In this document: piece after piece, positions 42,846 to 53,166 of the stretch
Numbering within the stretch: the stretch's first letter is position 1
How the letters are laid out: each line of letters begins with the position of its first letter
Source of the DNA: Nitrospirota bacterium
Lineage (GTDB): Bacteria; Nitrospirota; UBA9217
Direction of reading: 5' to 3'
NCBI GenBank assembly: GCA_963749655.1
Contig: CAVVOB010000030.1
Coordinates: 1-64,000, forward strand
Length of the DNA: 64,000 nt
The notes under the pieces: generated by a model
The model's input: the letters and a program-made list of their open reading frames with translations, nothing else
The model's database searches: none
What the model was told of the DNA's origin: nothing
Made by a program: the position numbers and the translations under genes

Positions 42846-43817
42846 ATGAAGAGCGGAAGCACACTGGAAAAAGTACTTGCCAGCGGCAAGCCTGCGGTCA
42901 CGGCGGAACTGGGACCGCCCATGAGCGCGGACGGCCACGAGGTCGTGAAGAAGGCGCAGCTTCTGAAAGGATTCTGCGACGCGGCGAACATCACCGACTG
43001 CCAGACGGCGGTCGTGCGTATCTCGAGCATCGCGGCTGCGGCCATCGCCTATCAGAACGGCCTCGAGCCGGTCATGCAGATGACCTGCCGGGACCGGAAC
43101 CGCATCGCCATCCAGGCGGATCTCCTCGGCGCCGCGGCCCTGGGCCTCAAGAACTGTCTCTGCCTCGCTGGCGACCACCAGAAGTTCAGCGCCGCGGGCA
43201 AGCTCAAGGGCCATCCCGGCGCCAAGAACGTCTACGACGTTGATACGTGCCAGCTCGTCGGCATCCTTAAAAAGATGCGCGATGAAGGCAAGCAGGAAGG
43301 CGGCGATCCATTGGAAGTCGCCCCCAAATTCTTCGTCGGCGCATCGTGGACCCCCATGGGCGATCCCATCGATTTCCGGCCGATCAATCTTCTCAAGAAG
43401 GTGAATGCGGGAGCGGATTTCATCCAGACCCAGGGCATCTACGATATGTCGCTTTTCCGCGAGCAGATGGCGAAGATCAGGAACATGGGCCTTCATGAGC
43501 GAACGGCGATCCTTGCCGGCATCATCGTACCGAAGAGCGCCATGATGCTGAAGTACATGGACTCCTCGGTGGCCGGCGTGTCTGTCCCGAAGGAGATGAT
43601 CGACCGGATGAACAAGGCAAAGGCCGCGGCAGGCGACGACAAGAAGAAGATGAAGGAGCTGCAGGAGCAGGAAGGCCTCAAGATCACGGTGGAGCTTATC
43701 CATCAGGCGCTCGAGACGCCGGGCGTAAAAGGCGTTCATATCCAGGCGATCGAATGGGAGAGCGCCATCGAAGGGATCGTGAAGGCTGCGGGACTGTATC
43801 CGAGGCCGCAGGTGTAG
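42846..43817 (+). CDS. metF: Methylenetetrahydrofolate reductase
   Basis: TAELGPP, QMTCRDRNRIAIQADLLG, GADFIQTQ. Confidence 0.93.
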   Translation: MKSGSTLEKVLASGKPAVTAELGPPMSADGHEVVKKAQLLKGFCDAANITDCQTAVVRISSIAAAAIAYQNGLEPVMQMTCRDRNRIAIQADLLGAAALGLKNCLCLAGDHQKFSAAGKLKGHPGAKNVYDVDTCQLVGILKKMRDEGKQEGGDPLEVAPKFFVGASWTPMGDPIDFRPINLLKKVNAGADFIQTQGIYDMSLFREQMAKIRNMGLHERTAILAGIIVPKSAMMLKYMDSSVAGVSVPKEMIDRMNKAKAAAGDDKKKMKELQEQEGLKITVELIHQALETPGVKGVHIQAIEWESAIEGIVKAAGLYPRPQV

Positions 43818-43823
43818 CGGATC

Positions 43824-43853
43824 CGTGAGGAGTGAGGAGTTAGGCGTAAGGGG
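43824..43853. repeat. Heptamer repeat, purine arm only (GTGAGGA-type)
   Basis: gtgagga gtgagga gttaggc gtaaggg after metF. Confidence 0.7.
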
Positions 43854-43864
43854 AATAATTCAAA

Positions 43865-44665
43865 ATGCCGAAAATAACCGTTCTCGACATATATAAGAAG
43901 AAGGCCGAAGGCAGAAAGATCACCATGCTGACGGCCTATGATTTCCCCACGGCCCAGATCGTGGACCAGGCCGGGATCGATATGATCCTCGTGGGCGACT
44001 CGCTTGGCATGGTGGTCCAGGGCGTGACCAGTACGCTTCCGGTCACTATGGACGAGATGATCTATCACACGAAGATGGTGTCGCGCGCAGCCCAGTCGGC
44101 CATGGTGGTGGGCGACATGCCGTTTCTGTCCTACCAGACCCACAAGGCGGAAGCTGTCCGGAATGCCGGGCGGTTCCTCAAAGAAGCCGGGGCGGAGGCG
44201 GTCAAGCTCGAGGGCGGAAGCCAGATGGCCGAGGCGATCAGGGCGATCGTTGATGCAGGCATTCCCGTCGTGGCCCATATCGGGCTCACCCCTCAGTATG
44301 TCCACATGCTCGGAGGGTTTAAAGTCCAGGGCAAGGACGATGCGGCCCGCGAAAAGATCCTTGCCGACGCCCGGGCTGTTCAGGATGCCGGCGCTTTTTC
44401 CGTTGTCCTTGAAGCCATGCCCGCGTCCCTGGCAAAGGAAATCCACGGAATGCTCCATATACCAACTATTGGAATCGGGGCAGGCCCGGAGTGCGACGGC
44501 CAGGTGCTGGTCATCCATGACATCCTGGGGCTCTTCGACCGGTTCACGCCCAAGTTTGTAAAAAAATATGCGAACCTGAAGGAACAGGCGCTCAAAGCGG
44601 TCCGGGAGTACAAACAGGATGTTGAGACCGGAAAATTTCCCGGAGAAGAGCATAGTTTCAAGTAA
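43865..44665 (+). CDS. panB: 3-methyl-2-oxobutanoate hydroxymethyltransferase
   Basis: [33 protein letters not shown]. Confidence 0.97.
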   Translation: MPKITVLDIYKKKAEGRKITMLTAYDFPTAQIVDQAGIDMILVGDSLGMVVQGVTSTLPVTMDEMIYHTKMVSRAAQSAMVVGDMPFLSYQTHKAEAVRNAGRFLKEAGAEAVKLEGGSQMAEAIRAIVDAGIPVVAHIGLTPQYVHMLGGFKVQGKDDAAREKILADARAVQDAGAFSVVLEAMPASLAKEIHGMLHIPTIGIGAGPECDGQVLVIHDILGLFDRFTPKFVKKYANLKEQALKAVREYKQDVETGKFPGEEHSFK

Positions 44666-44791
44666 TTTCAAGAGGAAATAAGAGTGGACTTTGGTAACAG
44701 AGACAGGGCTACCTTTCGTAGCGTCGTCTATTTTTATCAATGAAATTTATACGTTAATTAAAAAAAATTGTCCGTACCTGTTTCATTTTTC

Positions 44792-44821
44792 TTGACTCAC
44801 CAGATGGGTGCTCGCTATAAT
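44792..44821 (+). promoter_or_regulatory. Sigma70-like promoter upstream of thyX
   Basis: TTGACT-18 nt-TATAAT. Confidence 0.55.
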
Positions 44822-44901
44822 GTCCTTCCCCTGTCATCCGATTTTCCCCTTTCTCATGAGTCCGGGGTGTCCAGGGGCGCACTCGACGAGGAGGGGATAC
44901 C

Positions 44902-45630
44902 ATGCCTGAAGCAACATTGAACGTAGTTCTCCTCCGGCATACGCCGGAGCCCGAAGAGGTCGTGGCAATGGCCGCAAAGCTGTGCTACAGTCCCTCGGGA
45001 GTTGAAGAGCTGAAAGAAAAGATCGAGGCCAAGGACCAGGCGGCCTTTGTGGAGAAGCTGGCGTCGGTCGGGCACCTGTCTCCGATCGAGCATGTGTCTT
45101 TTTCCTTCGGCATCGAAGGCATCTCGCGGGCCTGCTCGCACCAGCTGGTGCGCCACCGGGTGGCGTCGTACTCGCAGCAGAGCCAGCGCTACGTCAGGGA
45201 AGAGCAGTTCGACTACGTCATTCCGCCGAGCATCAAGCAGGACCCCGCGCTCGTTCAGGAATTCGAACGGTGCATGGCAGAGGCGCAGGACAATTACACG
45301 AAGGTCCTGAAGCGCCTCGAAGAGCTCGGCTACAAAGGCGAAGCGGGACAGCAGGACGCGCGCTATCTTCTGCCGAATGCGGCGGAGACGAAAATAGTAG
45401 TCACGATGAACGCCAGGGAACTCCTGCACTTCTTCCGCGTGCGCACCTGCAACCGGGCGCAGTGGGAGATTCGGGAAATGGCGGAGCGGATGCTTGCGCA
45501 GGTGAAAAAGGCGGCGCCCACGATCTTTGCGAAATCAGGGCCGGCATGCCTCTATGCGCCCTGCCCCGAAGGCAAGATGACCTGCGGCAAGGTTGAAGAA
45601 GTAAGGAAGAAGTTCGGAGTGAAGAAATAA
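44902..45630 (+). CDS. thyX: FAD-dependent thymidylate synthase
   Basis: SRACSHQLVRHRVASYSQQSQRY, AQWEIR. Confidence 0.97.
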   Translation: MPEATLNVVLLRHTPEPEEVVAMAAKLCYSPSGVEELKEKIEAKDQAAFVEKLASVGHLSPIEHVSFSFGIEGISRACSHQLVRHRVASYSQQSQRYVREEQFDYVIPPSIKQDPALVQEFERCMAEAQDNYTKVLKRLEELGYKGEAGQQDARYLLPNAAETKIVVTMNARELLHFFRVRTCNRAQWEIREMAERMLAQVKKAAPTIFAKSGPACLYAPCPEGKMTCGKVEEVRKKFGVKK

Positions 45631-45637
45631 TATTTGG

Positions 45638-45720
45638 AGGGGCAAGGGGCCAAGTAGCAAGGGGCCAGGGAACAGTGAACGACGTTTCCGGACCCCGTGC
45701 CACCTGGTCCTTGGACCCTG
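45638..45720. repeat. Approximately 8-mer-periodic inverted repeat (GGGCCAAG-type)
   Basis: ggggcaag gggccaag tagcaag gggccagg ... cctggtcc ttggaccc. Confidence 0.7.
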
Positions 45721-45733
45721 AAGTCAAGGTCCC

Positions 45734-46505
45734 ATGGGTTTCACCATAGCAGTTGCAGGCAAGGGCGGCACGGGCAAGACCAGCCTCTGCGGCCTGACCA
45801 TTCGATATTTGACAGAGAAGAAAAAGGGGGCCGTGCTCGCCGTCGACGCCGACGCGAACGCAAACCTCCACGACGTGCTCGGGGCTGAATGTCCACGCCA
45901 CGGTCGGCCGGCTGCGGGAAACCTCTCTCGAAGCCATCAAGTCCACTGCTCCGCGTCCGGGCGGCATGAGCATGGAGCAGCTCTTCGATTACCAGATCCA
46001 GCAGGCGCTCGTCGAGGCAAGAGGCTTCGACCTGCTCGTCATGGGCAGGCCCGAGGGCGCGGGCTGCTACTGCGCGGCAAACAACATCATCCGCAAATAC
46101 ATGGACAAGCTGGCCGACACCTATCCCTACACGGTGATGGACAACGAGGCCGGTCTTGAGCATCTTTCCCGCCGCACGACGCAGGACACGGACCTGCTCA
46201 TGATCATCAGCGATTCTTCGGTGCGCGGCATCATGACCGCGGGCCGGATCGGCGGACTGGTCAAAGAGCTGAATCTGAACGTCAAGCGAACGGTGCTGAT
46301 CGTGAACCGCGTGCAGGACGGCACCAGAGAAGACAAGGCGCTTCTCCAGGCGATCGGACAGCAGGGCGTGGAATTCGCGGGCTTTGTTCCCGCAGACGAG
46401 ATGATCTTTGAATACGACTTGAACGGCAGGCCGCTTGTCCAGCTTCCTGCAGATTCGAAGGCGCTGAAGAGTTTTTTCACCATCATGGACAAGCTCGTGC
46501 CGTGA
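45734..46505 (+). CDS. cooC: Second CooC/AcsF ATPase (apparent +1 frameshift near 45884)
   Basis: GKGGTGKT in the first frame; GRPEGAGCYC and DNEAGLEHLSR in the second; one extra G in GGGG joins them. Confidence 0.85.
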
Positions 46506-46589
46506 AGCGTGAAAAGTAAGAGGTGAAACGTGAAACGCACGCCGCAGCCGGCTTTTTACATTTTCCTTTTCACGTTTAACGTTTCACGC
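46501..46589. repeat. Heptamer-periodic inverted repeat (CGTGAAA-type)
   Basis: cgtgaag cgtgaaa agtaaga ggtgaaa cgtgaaa ... tttcacg tttaacg tttcacg. Confidence 0.85.
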
Positions 46590-46594
46590 CGCTC

Positions 46595-47479
46595 ATGAAC
46601 AAAACCGTCGCCATCATAGGCGCAGGCCGTGTCGGCAGCTCAATCGGTTTTCTGCTGAAACAGGCAGGATACCCGATAGCGGCGGTGACGGCCCGTTCGA
46701 CGGCATCCGCGGAAAAAGCAGCGGCTGTTGTAAGCGGGGCAGAGCCCCTGACGGATGTGGTAAAGGCGGCGTCGCGGGCCGACATCGTTCTTATCACAAC
46801 GCCGGACCGCGCGATCAAAGAGGTGTGCGACACGATCGCAGCGGGCGGAGGGTTCAAAAGAGGCTCCCTGGTCGCGCATACCTCGGGGGCCCATACGCTG
46901 GACCTTCTTGAGGCGGCTTTAACGCGCGGCGCGAAGCGGGCGGTTATTCATCCGCTTCAATCCGTGCCGAGCGCGGAGCAGGGCATTCGGACGCTCCCGG
47001 GATCGTATTTTCGCATCGAAGCCGATTCCGAGGCGCTGGCAACGGCGCGCAGCATCGTCGGGGCGCTGGGCGGAATCGAACTGGAGATGCCGAAGTGGAG
47101 CTCCGACCAGGACTCCGCAGCCCTCTACCATGCGGGCGCAGTTGCGGTATCCAATTATTTCGTAGCCCTTGTTGATTACGGATTGAAGTTTTACGAGGCG
47201 CTGGGAGCGGACAGGAAAGAGGCGCTCAAGGCTGTTCTGCCGCTCATCAAGGGGACGCTTCATAACATGGAAACCCTGGGCGTCCCCGGGGCACTGACGG
47301 GGCCGATCATGCGGGGCGACGGCGAAACGGTGAAGCGTCATCTGGACGCCATGGAGCGGCGTACTCCGGAGCTTATGCGTCTCTACCGGGAACTGGCAAT
47401 CCAGACGGTCAGGTCAGCCAAGGATAAGGGCAGTATAACGGCGCAGACGGCGGAAGAACTGCTTAGGTTACTTCGGTGA
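46595..47479 (+). CDS. Rossmann-like + DUF2520 protein (PanG-type ketopantoate reductase candidate)
   Basis: IIGAGRVG, HTSGA, HPLQS, LYHAGAV..SNY, LTGPIMRGD. Confidence 0.85.
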   Translation: MNKTVAIIGAGRVGSSIGFLLKQAGYPIAAVTARSTASAEKAAAVVSGAEPLTDVVKAASRADIVLITTPDRAIKEVCDTIAAGGGFKRGSLVAHTSGAHTLDLLEAALTRGAKRAVIHPLQSVPSAEQGIRTLPGSYFRIEADSEALATARSIVGALGGIELEMPKWSSDQDSAALYHAGAVAVSNYFVALVDYGLKFYEALGADRKEALKAVLPLIKGTLHNMETLGVPGALTGPIMRGDGETVKRHLDAMERRTPELMRLYRELAIQTVRSAKDKGSITAQTAEELLRLLR

Positions 47480-47549
47480 GGAGTCAGGCGTAAGGAGTGA
47501 GGAGATTTTTCTCTGTTTTTCCCCTTACTCCTAACATTTCACTCCTCAC
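47476..47549. repeat. Heptamer-periodic inverted repeat (GTGAGGA-type)
   Basis: gtgagga gtcaggc gtaagga gtgagga ... cccttac tcctaac atttcac tcctcac. Confidence 0.88.
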
Positions 47550-47579
47550 TGTTTTACTTTGAAAGGAGAAGTATCGAAC

Positions 47580-48368
47580 ATGCTAATTATCGGAGAAAAA
47601 ATCAGTGTAATCGCGAAGAAGGTCCGGGAGGCCCTGGGCAAGATGGACCCCAAGCCGCTGCAGGAGCTCGCCGTGGCGCAGGACAAGGCAGGCGCGCACT
47701 TTATCGATATTTCGATCGGCCCGGCCGAGGAGAACGGCCCCCAGCTCATGGATTGGGCGGTGAAGGTCCTGCAGGAAGCAGTGCAGAAGCCGCTCTGTCT
47801 CGATACAACGAATATAAAGGCGATGGAAGCCGGCCTCAAGGCCCACAACAACACCTGGGGCGCGCCGATCATCAACTCCACTTCCAACGAGCCCGAGCGG
47901 TTCCCGATGATGGAGCTTGCCGGAAAGTACAACGCCAAGATCATCGCGCTCACGCTCGGCAAGGGCAGCATCCCGGCTGACGCCGAGGACCGCTGCGTCA
48001 TCGCGTCCGAGATCATGGCCCGCGGCATGGAGTACGGCGTGCCCATGGAGAACCTGTTCCTGGACCCGCTCATTCTCCAGATCTGCACCATGCAGGACCA
48101 GGGCAGGCAGGCCATCCGCGCCATCAAGATGTTCCAGGAGCTGAATGATCCGCCGATGCAGACCGTGGTCGGCCTGTCGAACATTTCGAACGGCGCGCCC
48201 AAGCATGTCCGGCCGATCATCAACCGGAACTTCCTGACCATGCTGATCTACGAGGGGCTGACCGCCGCCATCATCGATCCGCTCGACAAGGACATGATGG
48301 ACACGGTCAAAACGATCGAAATGATCATGTGCAAGAAGATGTACGCGCATTCGTACCTCGATATGTAA
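47580..48368 (+). CDS. acsE: Methyl-THF:corrinoid Fe-S protein methyltransferase
   Basis: MLIIGE start, LDTTN, IINST, LDPL, VGLSNISNG; pterin-binding fold; acs context. Confidence 0.92.
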   Translation: MLIIGEKISVIAKKVREALGKMDPKPLQELAVAQDKAGAHFIDISIGPAEENGPQLMDWAVKVLQEAVQKPLCLDTTNIKAMEAGLKAHNNTWGAPIINSTSNEPERFPMMELAGKYNAKIIALTLGKGSIPADAEDRCVIASEIMARGMEYGVPMENLFLDPLILQICTMQDQGRQAIRAIKMFQELNDPPMQTVVGLSNISNGAPKHVRPIINRNFLTMLIYEGLTAAIIDPLDKDMMDTVKTIEMIMCKKMYAHSYLDM

Positions 48369-48462
48369 GAACCGGTTGAGATGCGGGAACGGTCGCGGAA
48401 TACCTGTTGTTCCTGATTGGCAAATCTGTTAATATGCGTGATATTTTACCGAGGAGGCTTGC

Positions 48463-49403
48463 ATGGCACTCGTAATACCTAAGGAAACATACAGCGGAAA
48501 GATCTACAATGTACAACTCGGCAGCGGCGCAAAGACCGTGACGATCGGCGGGGCCAGCGCGCTCCCCTTTCTTGGGTTCGAAGGCGCGTTCCCGAACAAG
48601 CCCGCCGTCGCGCTCGAAGATCATGGACATCGCGCCGGACGACTGGCCCGAGACGGTGAAGAAGGCCGTTCGGCGGAGCGTCGTCCAATCCCGTATCGTG
48701 GGCCAAGTTCTGCCAGCAGAGCGGCGCGGACATGGTCGCGCTCAGGCTCATGGGCACCCATCCCGACCAGAAGAACAAAAGCGCCGAAGAAGCGGCCAAG
48801 GTGGCGGCGGAAGTCGCGGCTGCGATCGATATCCCGCTCGTGATCCTGGGCTGCGGTCATGTGGAAAAGGACACCCAGGTGCTCCAGGCCGTCGCAGCTG
48901 CCACACGCGGCAAGAACTGCGCCATCGGCAAGGCCGTGGAAGAAAACTACAAGACCATCGCGGCAGCAGCAATGGCGAACGACCACAAGCTGATCGCCAT
49001 GAGCCAGCTCGACGTGAACCTGGCAAAGCAGCTCAACATCCTGCTCTCCCAGATGGGCTTCGACAAGGAGCGGATCATCATGGACCCCATGTCGTCCGCC
49101 CTGGGCTACGGCCTCGAATACACCTACAGCGTGATGGAGCGCATCCGCCTCGCCGCGCTCCTGCAGAACGATCCCATGATGCAGACGCCGATCGTGTGCG
49201 ACATCGGCCTGAACGTCTGGAAGGTGAAAGAGACGATGGCGCCCGAGGTTGAAATGCCGGAATGGGGCGGCCTCGAAGACCGCGCCCTGGCCTGGGAAGC
49301 GGTCACCGCCTCCGCCATGGTCACTGCCGGCGCTGACATGCTGATCATGCGGCATCCCGGCGCAGCGGCAAAGGCAAAGGAAGTCATCGCGGAACTGATG
49401 TAA
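48463..49403 (+). CDS. acsD: Corrinoid Fe-S protein small subunit (apparent +1 frameshifts near 48619 and 48671)
   Basis: KETYSGKI..V.LG, DVNLAKQLN, IIMDP..ALGYGLEYTYSVMERIR, MRHP. Confidence 0.9.
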
Positions 49404-49408
49404 GGACC

Positions 49409-49485
49409 GTAAAGAGCATAGTGCAGAGCGCATAGTGCAGAGCGCAAAGCGTAAGTGTTCTACGCCATGCTCCATGCCCTCTGCG
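49409..49485. repeat. Heptamer-periodic inverted repeat (GCA.AG-type)
   Basis: gcatagt gcagagc gcatagt gcagagc gcaaagc ... gccatgc tccatgc cctctgc. Confidence 0.82.
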
Positions 49486-49526
49486 AAATCATAAATTATT
49501 GATTCTTCTGTAAAGGAGTAAATAAC

Positions 49527-50867
49527 ATGGCACTCTCCGGTGTTGAAATATTCAAGCATCTCCCGAAAACCAACTGCAAAAAATGCGGTCATCCGACCTG
49601 CCTTGCCTTTGCCATGAAGCTTGCGGCGAAACAGGCGAGCCTCGATGCCTGCCCTGACGCGTCCGAGGATGCAAAGAAGATCCTGGGCGAATCCGCAGCG
49701 CCTCCCATCCGGGACATCACGCTCGGCACGGGCGGCAAGGCCGTCAAGGTGGGCGGCGAGATCTGCATGTTCCGCCATGAGAAGAAATTCTTCAATCCCA
49801 ACGTGTTCGCCGTCGCCATCAAGGCCTCCGAGGCCGGCGACGCCGCGGCAAAGAAGATCGAGGCGGTCAAGGCCTCCGAGATCGACCGCGTGGGCCAGAA
49901 GCTCCGCGTCGATGCCATCGCCGTGACCGACGAGGGCGGCGACGCGGCGAAGTTCGCCGCAGTCGTGAAGCAGGTGGTCGACGGCGCGCCCGGCGTGCCG
50001 GTCATCCTCGTCTCCAAGACGCCGGCGACGATCGAAGCGGGCATCGCGCACTGCGCGGACAAGAAGCCCCTGATCTATGCCGCGACCGCCGAGAACGCCG
50101 AAGCCATGGCAAAGATCGCGAAAGAGAAAAAGGCCTCCCTGGCCGTGGCTGCCGACGGTCTGGACGCCCTCACGGCGCTGTCCGAGAAGGTGAAGGCCCT
50201 CGGCGTGGACGACCTGGTCCTCGACTCCGGAGCGCGCAAGGCCAAGGACATGATCGAGCACTTCACCATCATGCGCCGGGCGGCGATCAAGAAGAACTTC
50301 AAGCCCCTGGGCTATCCCATCATCACCTTCGCGACCCGCGACAATTCCGTGTCCGAGGCCATTGCCGCCGCGATCGGGACCATGAAGTACGCCTCCATCA
50401 TCATCCTGAGCAGCGTGGAAAAGTGGAAGATGCTCGCGCTCCTGTCGCTCCGGCAGAACATCTACACCGACCCGCAGGTGCCGATGCAGGTCGCGCAGAA
50501 CATCTACAAGGTCGGCGACGCGAAGGAAAACTCGCCGCTCATGATCACGACCAATTTCTCCCTCTCCTACTTCATCGTCCGCGGCGAAGTGGAGAACAGC
50601 AAGGTGCCGTCGTGGCTCGCGGTCATGGACAATGAAGGCCTGTCGGTGCTCACGGCCTGGGCCGCGGGAAAGTTCACGGCAAGCAAGATCGCGCAGTTCG
50701 TGACCGAGAGCGGCGTGGAGAAGAACATCAGCCACAAGGAGCTCATCATTCCCGGGTACGTGGCGGTGCTTTCCGGCGCGCTCGAGGAAAAGCTGCCGGG
50801 CTGGAAGATCACCGTGGGACCGCGCGAAGCGAACCAGCTCCCGACGTTCCTGAAAGCAAGAGCATAA
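49527..50867 (+). CDS. acsC: Corrinoid Fe-S protein large subunit
   Basis: LPKTNCKKCGHPTCLAFAM, FRHEKKF, IYTDPQ, TTNFSL, GLSVLTAWAAGKF, GPRE. Confidence 0.96.
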   Translation: MALSGVEIFKHLPKTNCKKCGHPTCLAFAMKLAAKQASLDACPDASEDAKKILGESAAPPIRDITLGTGGKAVKVGGEICMFRHEKKFFNPNVFAVAIKASEAGDAAAKKIEAVKASEIDRVGQKLRVDAIAVTDEGGDAAKFAAVVKQVVDGAPGVPVILVSKTPATIEAGIAHCADKKPLIYAATAENAEAMAKIAKEKKASLAVAADGLDALTALSEKVKALGVDDLVLDSGARKAKDMIEHFTIMRRAAIKKNFKPLGYPIITFATRDNSVSEAIAAAIGTMKYASIIILSSVEKWKMLALLSLRQNIYTDPQVPMQVAQNIYKVGDAKENSPLMITTNFSLSYFIVRGEVENSKVPSWLAVMDNEGLSVLTAWAAGKFTASKIAQFVTESGVEKNISHKELIIPGYVAVLSGALEEKLPGWKITVGPREANQLPTFLKARA

Positions 50868-50874
50868 AACGCCC

Positions 50875-50940
50875 GTGAGGCGTGAGGAGTGAGGAGTGAG
50901 GGGTTGCTTATTCCCCTTACGCCTAACCCCTTACTCCTTC
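50875..50940. repeat. Heptamer-periodic inverted repeat (GTGAGGA-type)
   Basis: gtgaggc gtgagga gtgagga gtgaggg ... cccttac gcctaac cccttac. Confidence 0.88.
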
Positions 50941-50964
50941 CGGCATTTCTAAAGGAGTCGTTCC

Positions 50965-53166
50965 ATGTCGAAATTAATTGCCACCGGGGCCATTCTGGGC
51001 TCCCACTACTATGTCAAGCAGGCCGAGGCCCTCGTGGAGAAGGCCATTTCCGAGAAAGGCGCGGATTTCAAGTTCGAATTCCCCGACACGGCCTATTTCC
51101 TGCCGCAGATGTTCGCCATGACGGGATTCGAGGTCCATACCCTCGGGGACATGAAGACGGCGCTCGAAAAAAACGTGAAGCCCCTTCTCACGGAAGCCCC
51201 TGACGACCATCTGTACAAGCCCTACCTGGGCGAGGCGCTGGACGCCGGCATGGCGGCGCTCTTTGCCCAGGAAATGATCATGGCCATCCGGTATATCTAC
51301 GGCCAGGAACCGGTGAAGGACGATTCGCTCGGACTGACCTACAACGGGTTCATCTCCGACACGATCCTCCGAAACCTGGGCGTGCAGCTCGTGGACGGCT
51401 CCATGCCGGGCTACGTCGTCATCATCGGCGCGGCGGACAGCGACGAGCAGGCCTTCGAGATCGCCCGAGATCTCCAGCAGAAAAATATTCTCACGTTCCT
51501 GTGCGGCAACGTGAACGGGGAAAGCTGCACCAAGCAGCTCCTCCGCAAAGGCGTGCAGCTCGGCTGGGACACGCGCCTGGTGCCGCTCGGACCGGAAGTC
51601 GAGCATGCCATCTACGCCCTGAACTGGGCCGCCCGCGCGGGCATCACCTTCGGCGGTATGAAGGGCGGGGACTTCAAGCGTATCCTCAAGTACTCCAAGG
51701 ACAAGGTGTTCGCCTTTGCCATGGTGCTGGGCCCCCTGAACGACCGGATCTGGACCACGGGCGCAGGCGCGATCAACATGGGATTCCCGGCCATCGCGAA
51801 CACGGACATTCCGACCATCCATCCCACGGGCGTCACGATCTACGAAGAAGTTGCCAAGGAGCTCGACCCGAAGAACCTGGTGCAAAAGTGCATCGAGGTG
51901 CGCGGTCTCAAGATCACCGTTTCCAAACCTCCGATTCCGGTGGCCTACGGCCCGGCCTTCGAGGGAGAGCGCATCCGCAAGGAAGACATGCACATCGAGA
52001 TGGGCGGTCAGCGGACGCCGGCCTTCGAATGGCTCCATACCGTCGACCTGTCCGCAGTCGAGGACGGCAAGGTGACGATCGTGGGCACGGATGCCGAAGC
52101 CCGCTACAAGAAGGGCGGCCAGATGCCTCTCGGCGTCTATGTCGAGGTTGCCGGCCGCAAGATGCAGAAGGACTTCGAGCCGGTGCTGGAGCGCAAGATC
52201 CACCACTTCATCAACGAGGCGCAGGGCATCTGGCACATGGGCCAGCGCGACCAGAACTGGTTCCGCGTCAGCAAGGCGGCCCTGGGCGAGGGATTCGAGC
52301 TCCGGCACTTCGGCGACATCCTGGCGACCCAGCTCAAGCACAAGTTCAATAACATCGTGGACAAAGTCCAGGTCGTCCTGTACGTCGATGATGCCGATGT
52401 GAAGGCAAAGCTCGATGAGGCGCGCAAGGCCTATCTCGAGCGCGACGTGCGCCTTGCTTCGATGACCGACGAATCGGTGGACACGTTCTATTCCTGCATC
52501 CTCTGCCAGAGCTTCGCACCGAACCACGTCTGCGTGGTCTCGCCCGAGCGGCTCGGGTTGTGCGGCGCTTACAACTGGCTCGATGCCAAGGCCGCCTACG
52601 AGATCGATCCGAACGGCGCGAACCAGCCGGTGGCCAAGGGCGAAGTCCTCGACACGGTCAAGGGCCGCTGGAAAGGCGTCGACGAGTACGTGTACACGAA
52701 CTCGCACCAGGCGCTCGAATACTTCAACGCCTATTCCATCATGGACGCGCCGATGACCTCCTGCGGCTGCTTCGAATGCATCGTGGCCATCGTGCCCGAG
52801 GCGAACGGCGTGATGATCGTGAACCGCGGCTTTACGGGCATGACCCCCATCGGCATGAAGTTCTCCACCCTTGCGGGCACCGTGGGCGGCGGCGCGCAGA
52901 CCCCGGGCTTCATGGGCATCGGGCGGTTCTTCCTTACCAGTAAAAAATTCCTTTCCGCCGAAGGCGGGTTCAAGCGCATTGTCTGGATGACCAAGAACCT
53001 GAAGGAGTCCTTTGCCGAGGCCTTCAAGCAGCGGGCCGAGGAAGAGGGCATTCCCGATCTTATCGACAAGATCGCCGACGAGACGGTGGCGGAAGATTCG
53101 GACAAGCTGATGGCGTTTCTCACCGAGAAGGGGCATCCGGCCCTCACCATGGACCCGATGTTCTAG
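50965..53166 (+). CDS. acsB: Acetyl-CoA synthase (bacterial type with N-terminal domain)
   Basis: FPDTAY.LP, YGPAFEGERIR, CILCQSFAPNHVC..PERLGLCG, PMTSCGCFE. Confidence 0.97.
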   Translation: MSKLIATGAILGSHYYVKQAEALVEKAISEKGADFKFEFPDTAYFLPQMFAMTGFEVHTLGDMKTALEKNVKPLLTEAPDDHLYKPYLGEALDAGMAALFAQEMIMAIRYIYGQEPVKDDSLGLTYNGFISDTILRNLGVQLVDGSMPGYVVIIGAADSDEQAFEIARDLQQKNILTFLCGNVNGESCTKQLLRKGVQLGWDTRLVPLGPEVEHAIYALNWAARAGITFGGMKGGDFKRILKYSKDKVFAFAMVLGPLNDRIWTTGAGAINMGFPAIANTDIPTIHPTGVTIYEEVAKELDPKNLVQKCIEVRGLKITVSKPPIPVAYGPAFEGERIRKEDMHIEMGGQRTPAFEWLHTVDLSAVEDGKVTIVGTDAEARYKKGGQMPLGVYVEVAGRKMQKDFEPVLERKIHHFINEAQGIWHMGQRDQNWFRVSKAALGEGFELRHFGDILATQLKHKFNNIVDKVQVVLYVDDADVKAKLDEARKAYLERDVRLASMTDESVDTFYSCILCQSFAPNHVCVVSPERLGLCGAYNWLDAKAAYEIDPNGANQPVAKGEVLDTVKGRWKGVDEYVYTNSHQALEYFNAYSIMDAPMTSCGCFECIVAIVPEANGVMIVNRGFTGMTPIGMKFSTLAGTVGGGAQTPGFMGIGRFFLTSKKFLSAEGGFKRIVWMTKNLKESFAEAFKQRAEEEGIPDLIDKIADETVAEDSDKLMAFLTEKGHPALTMDPMF

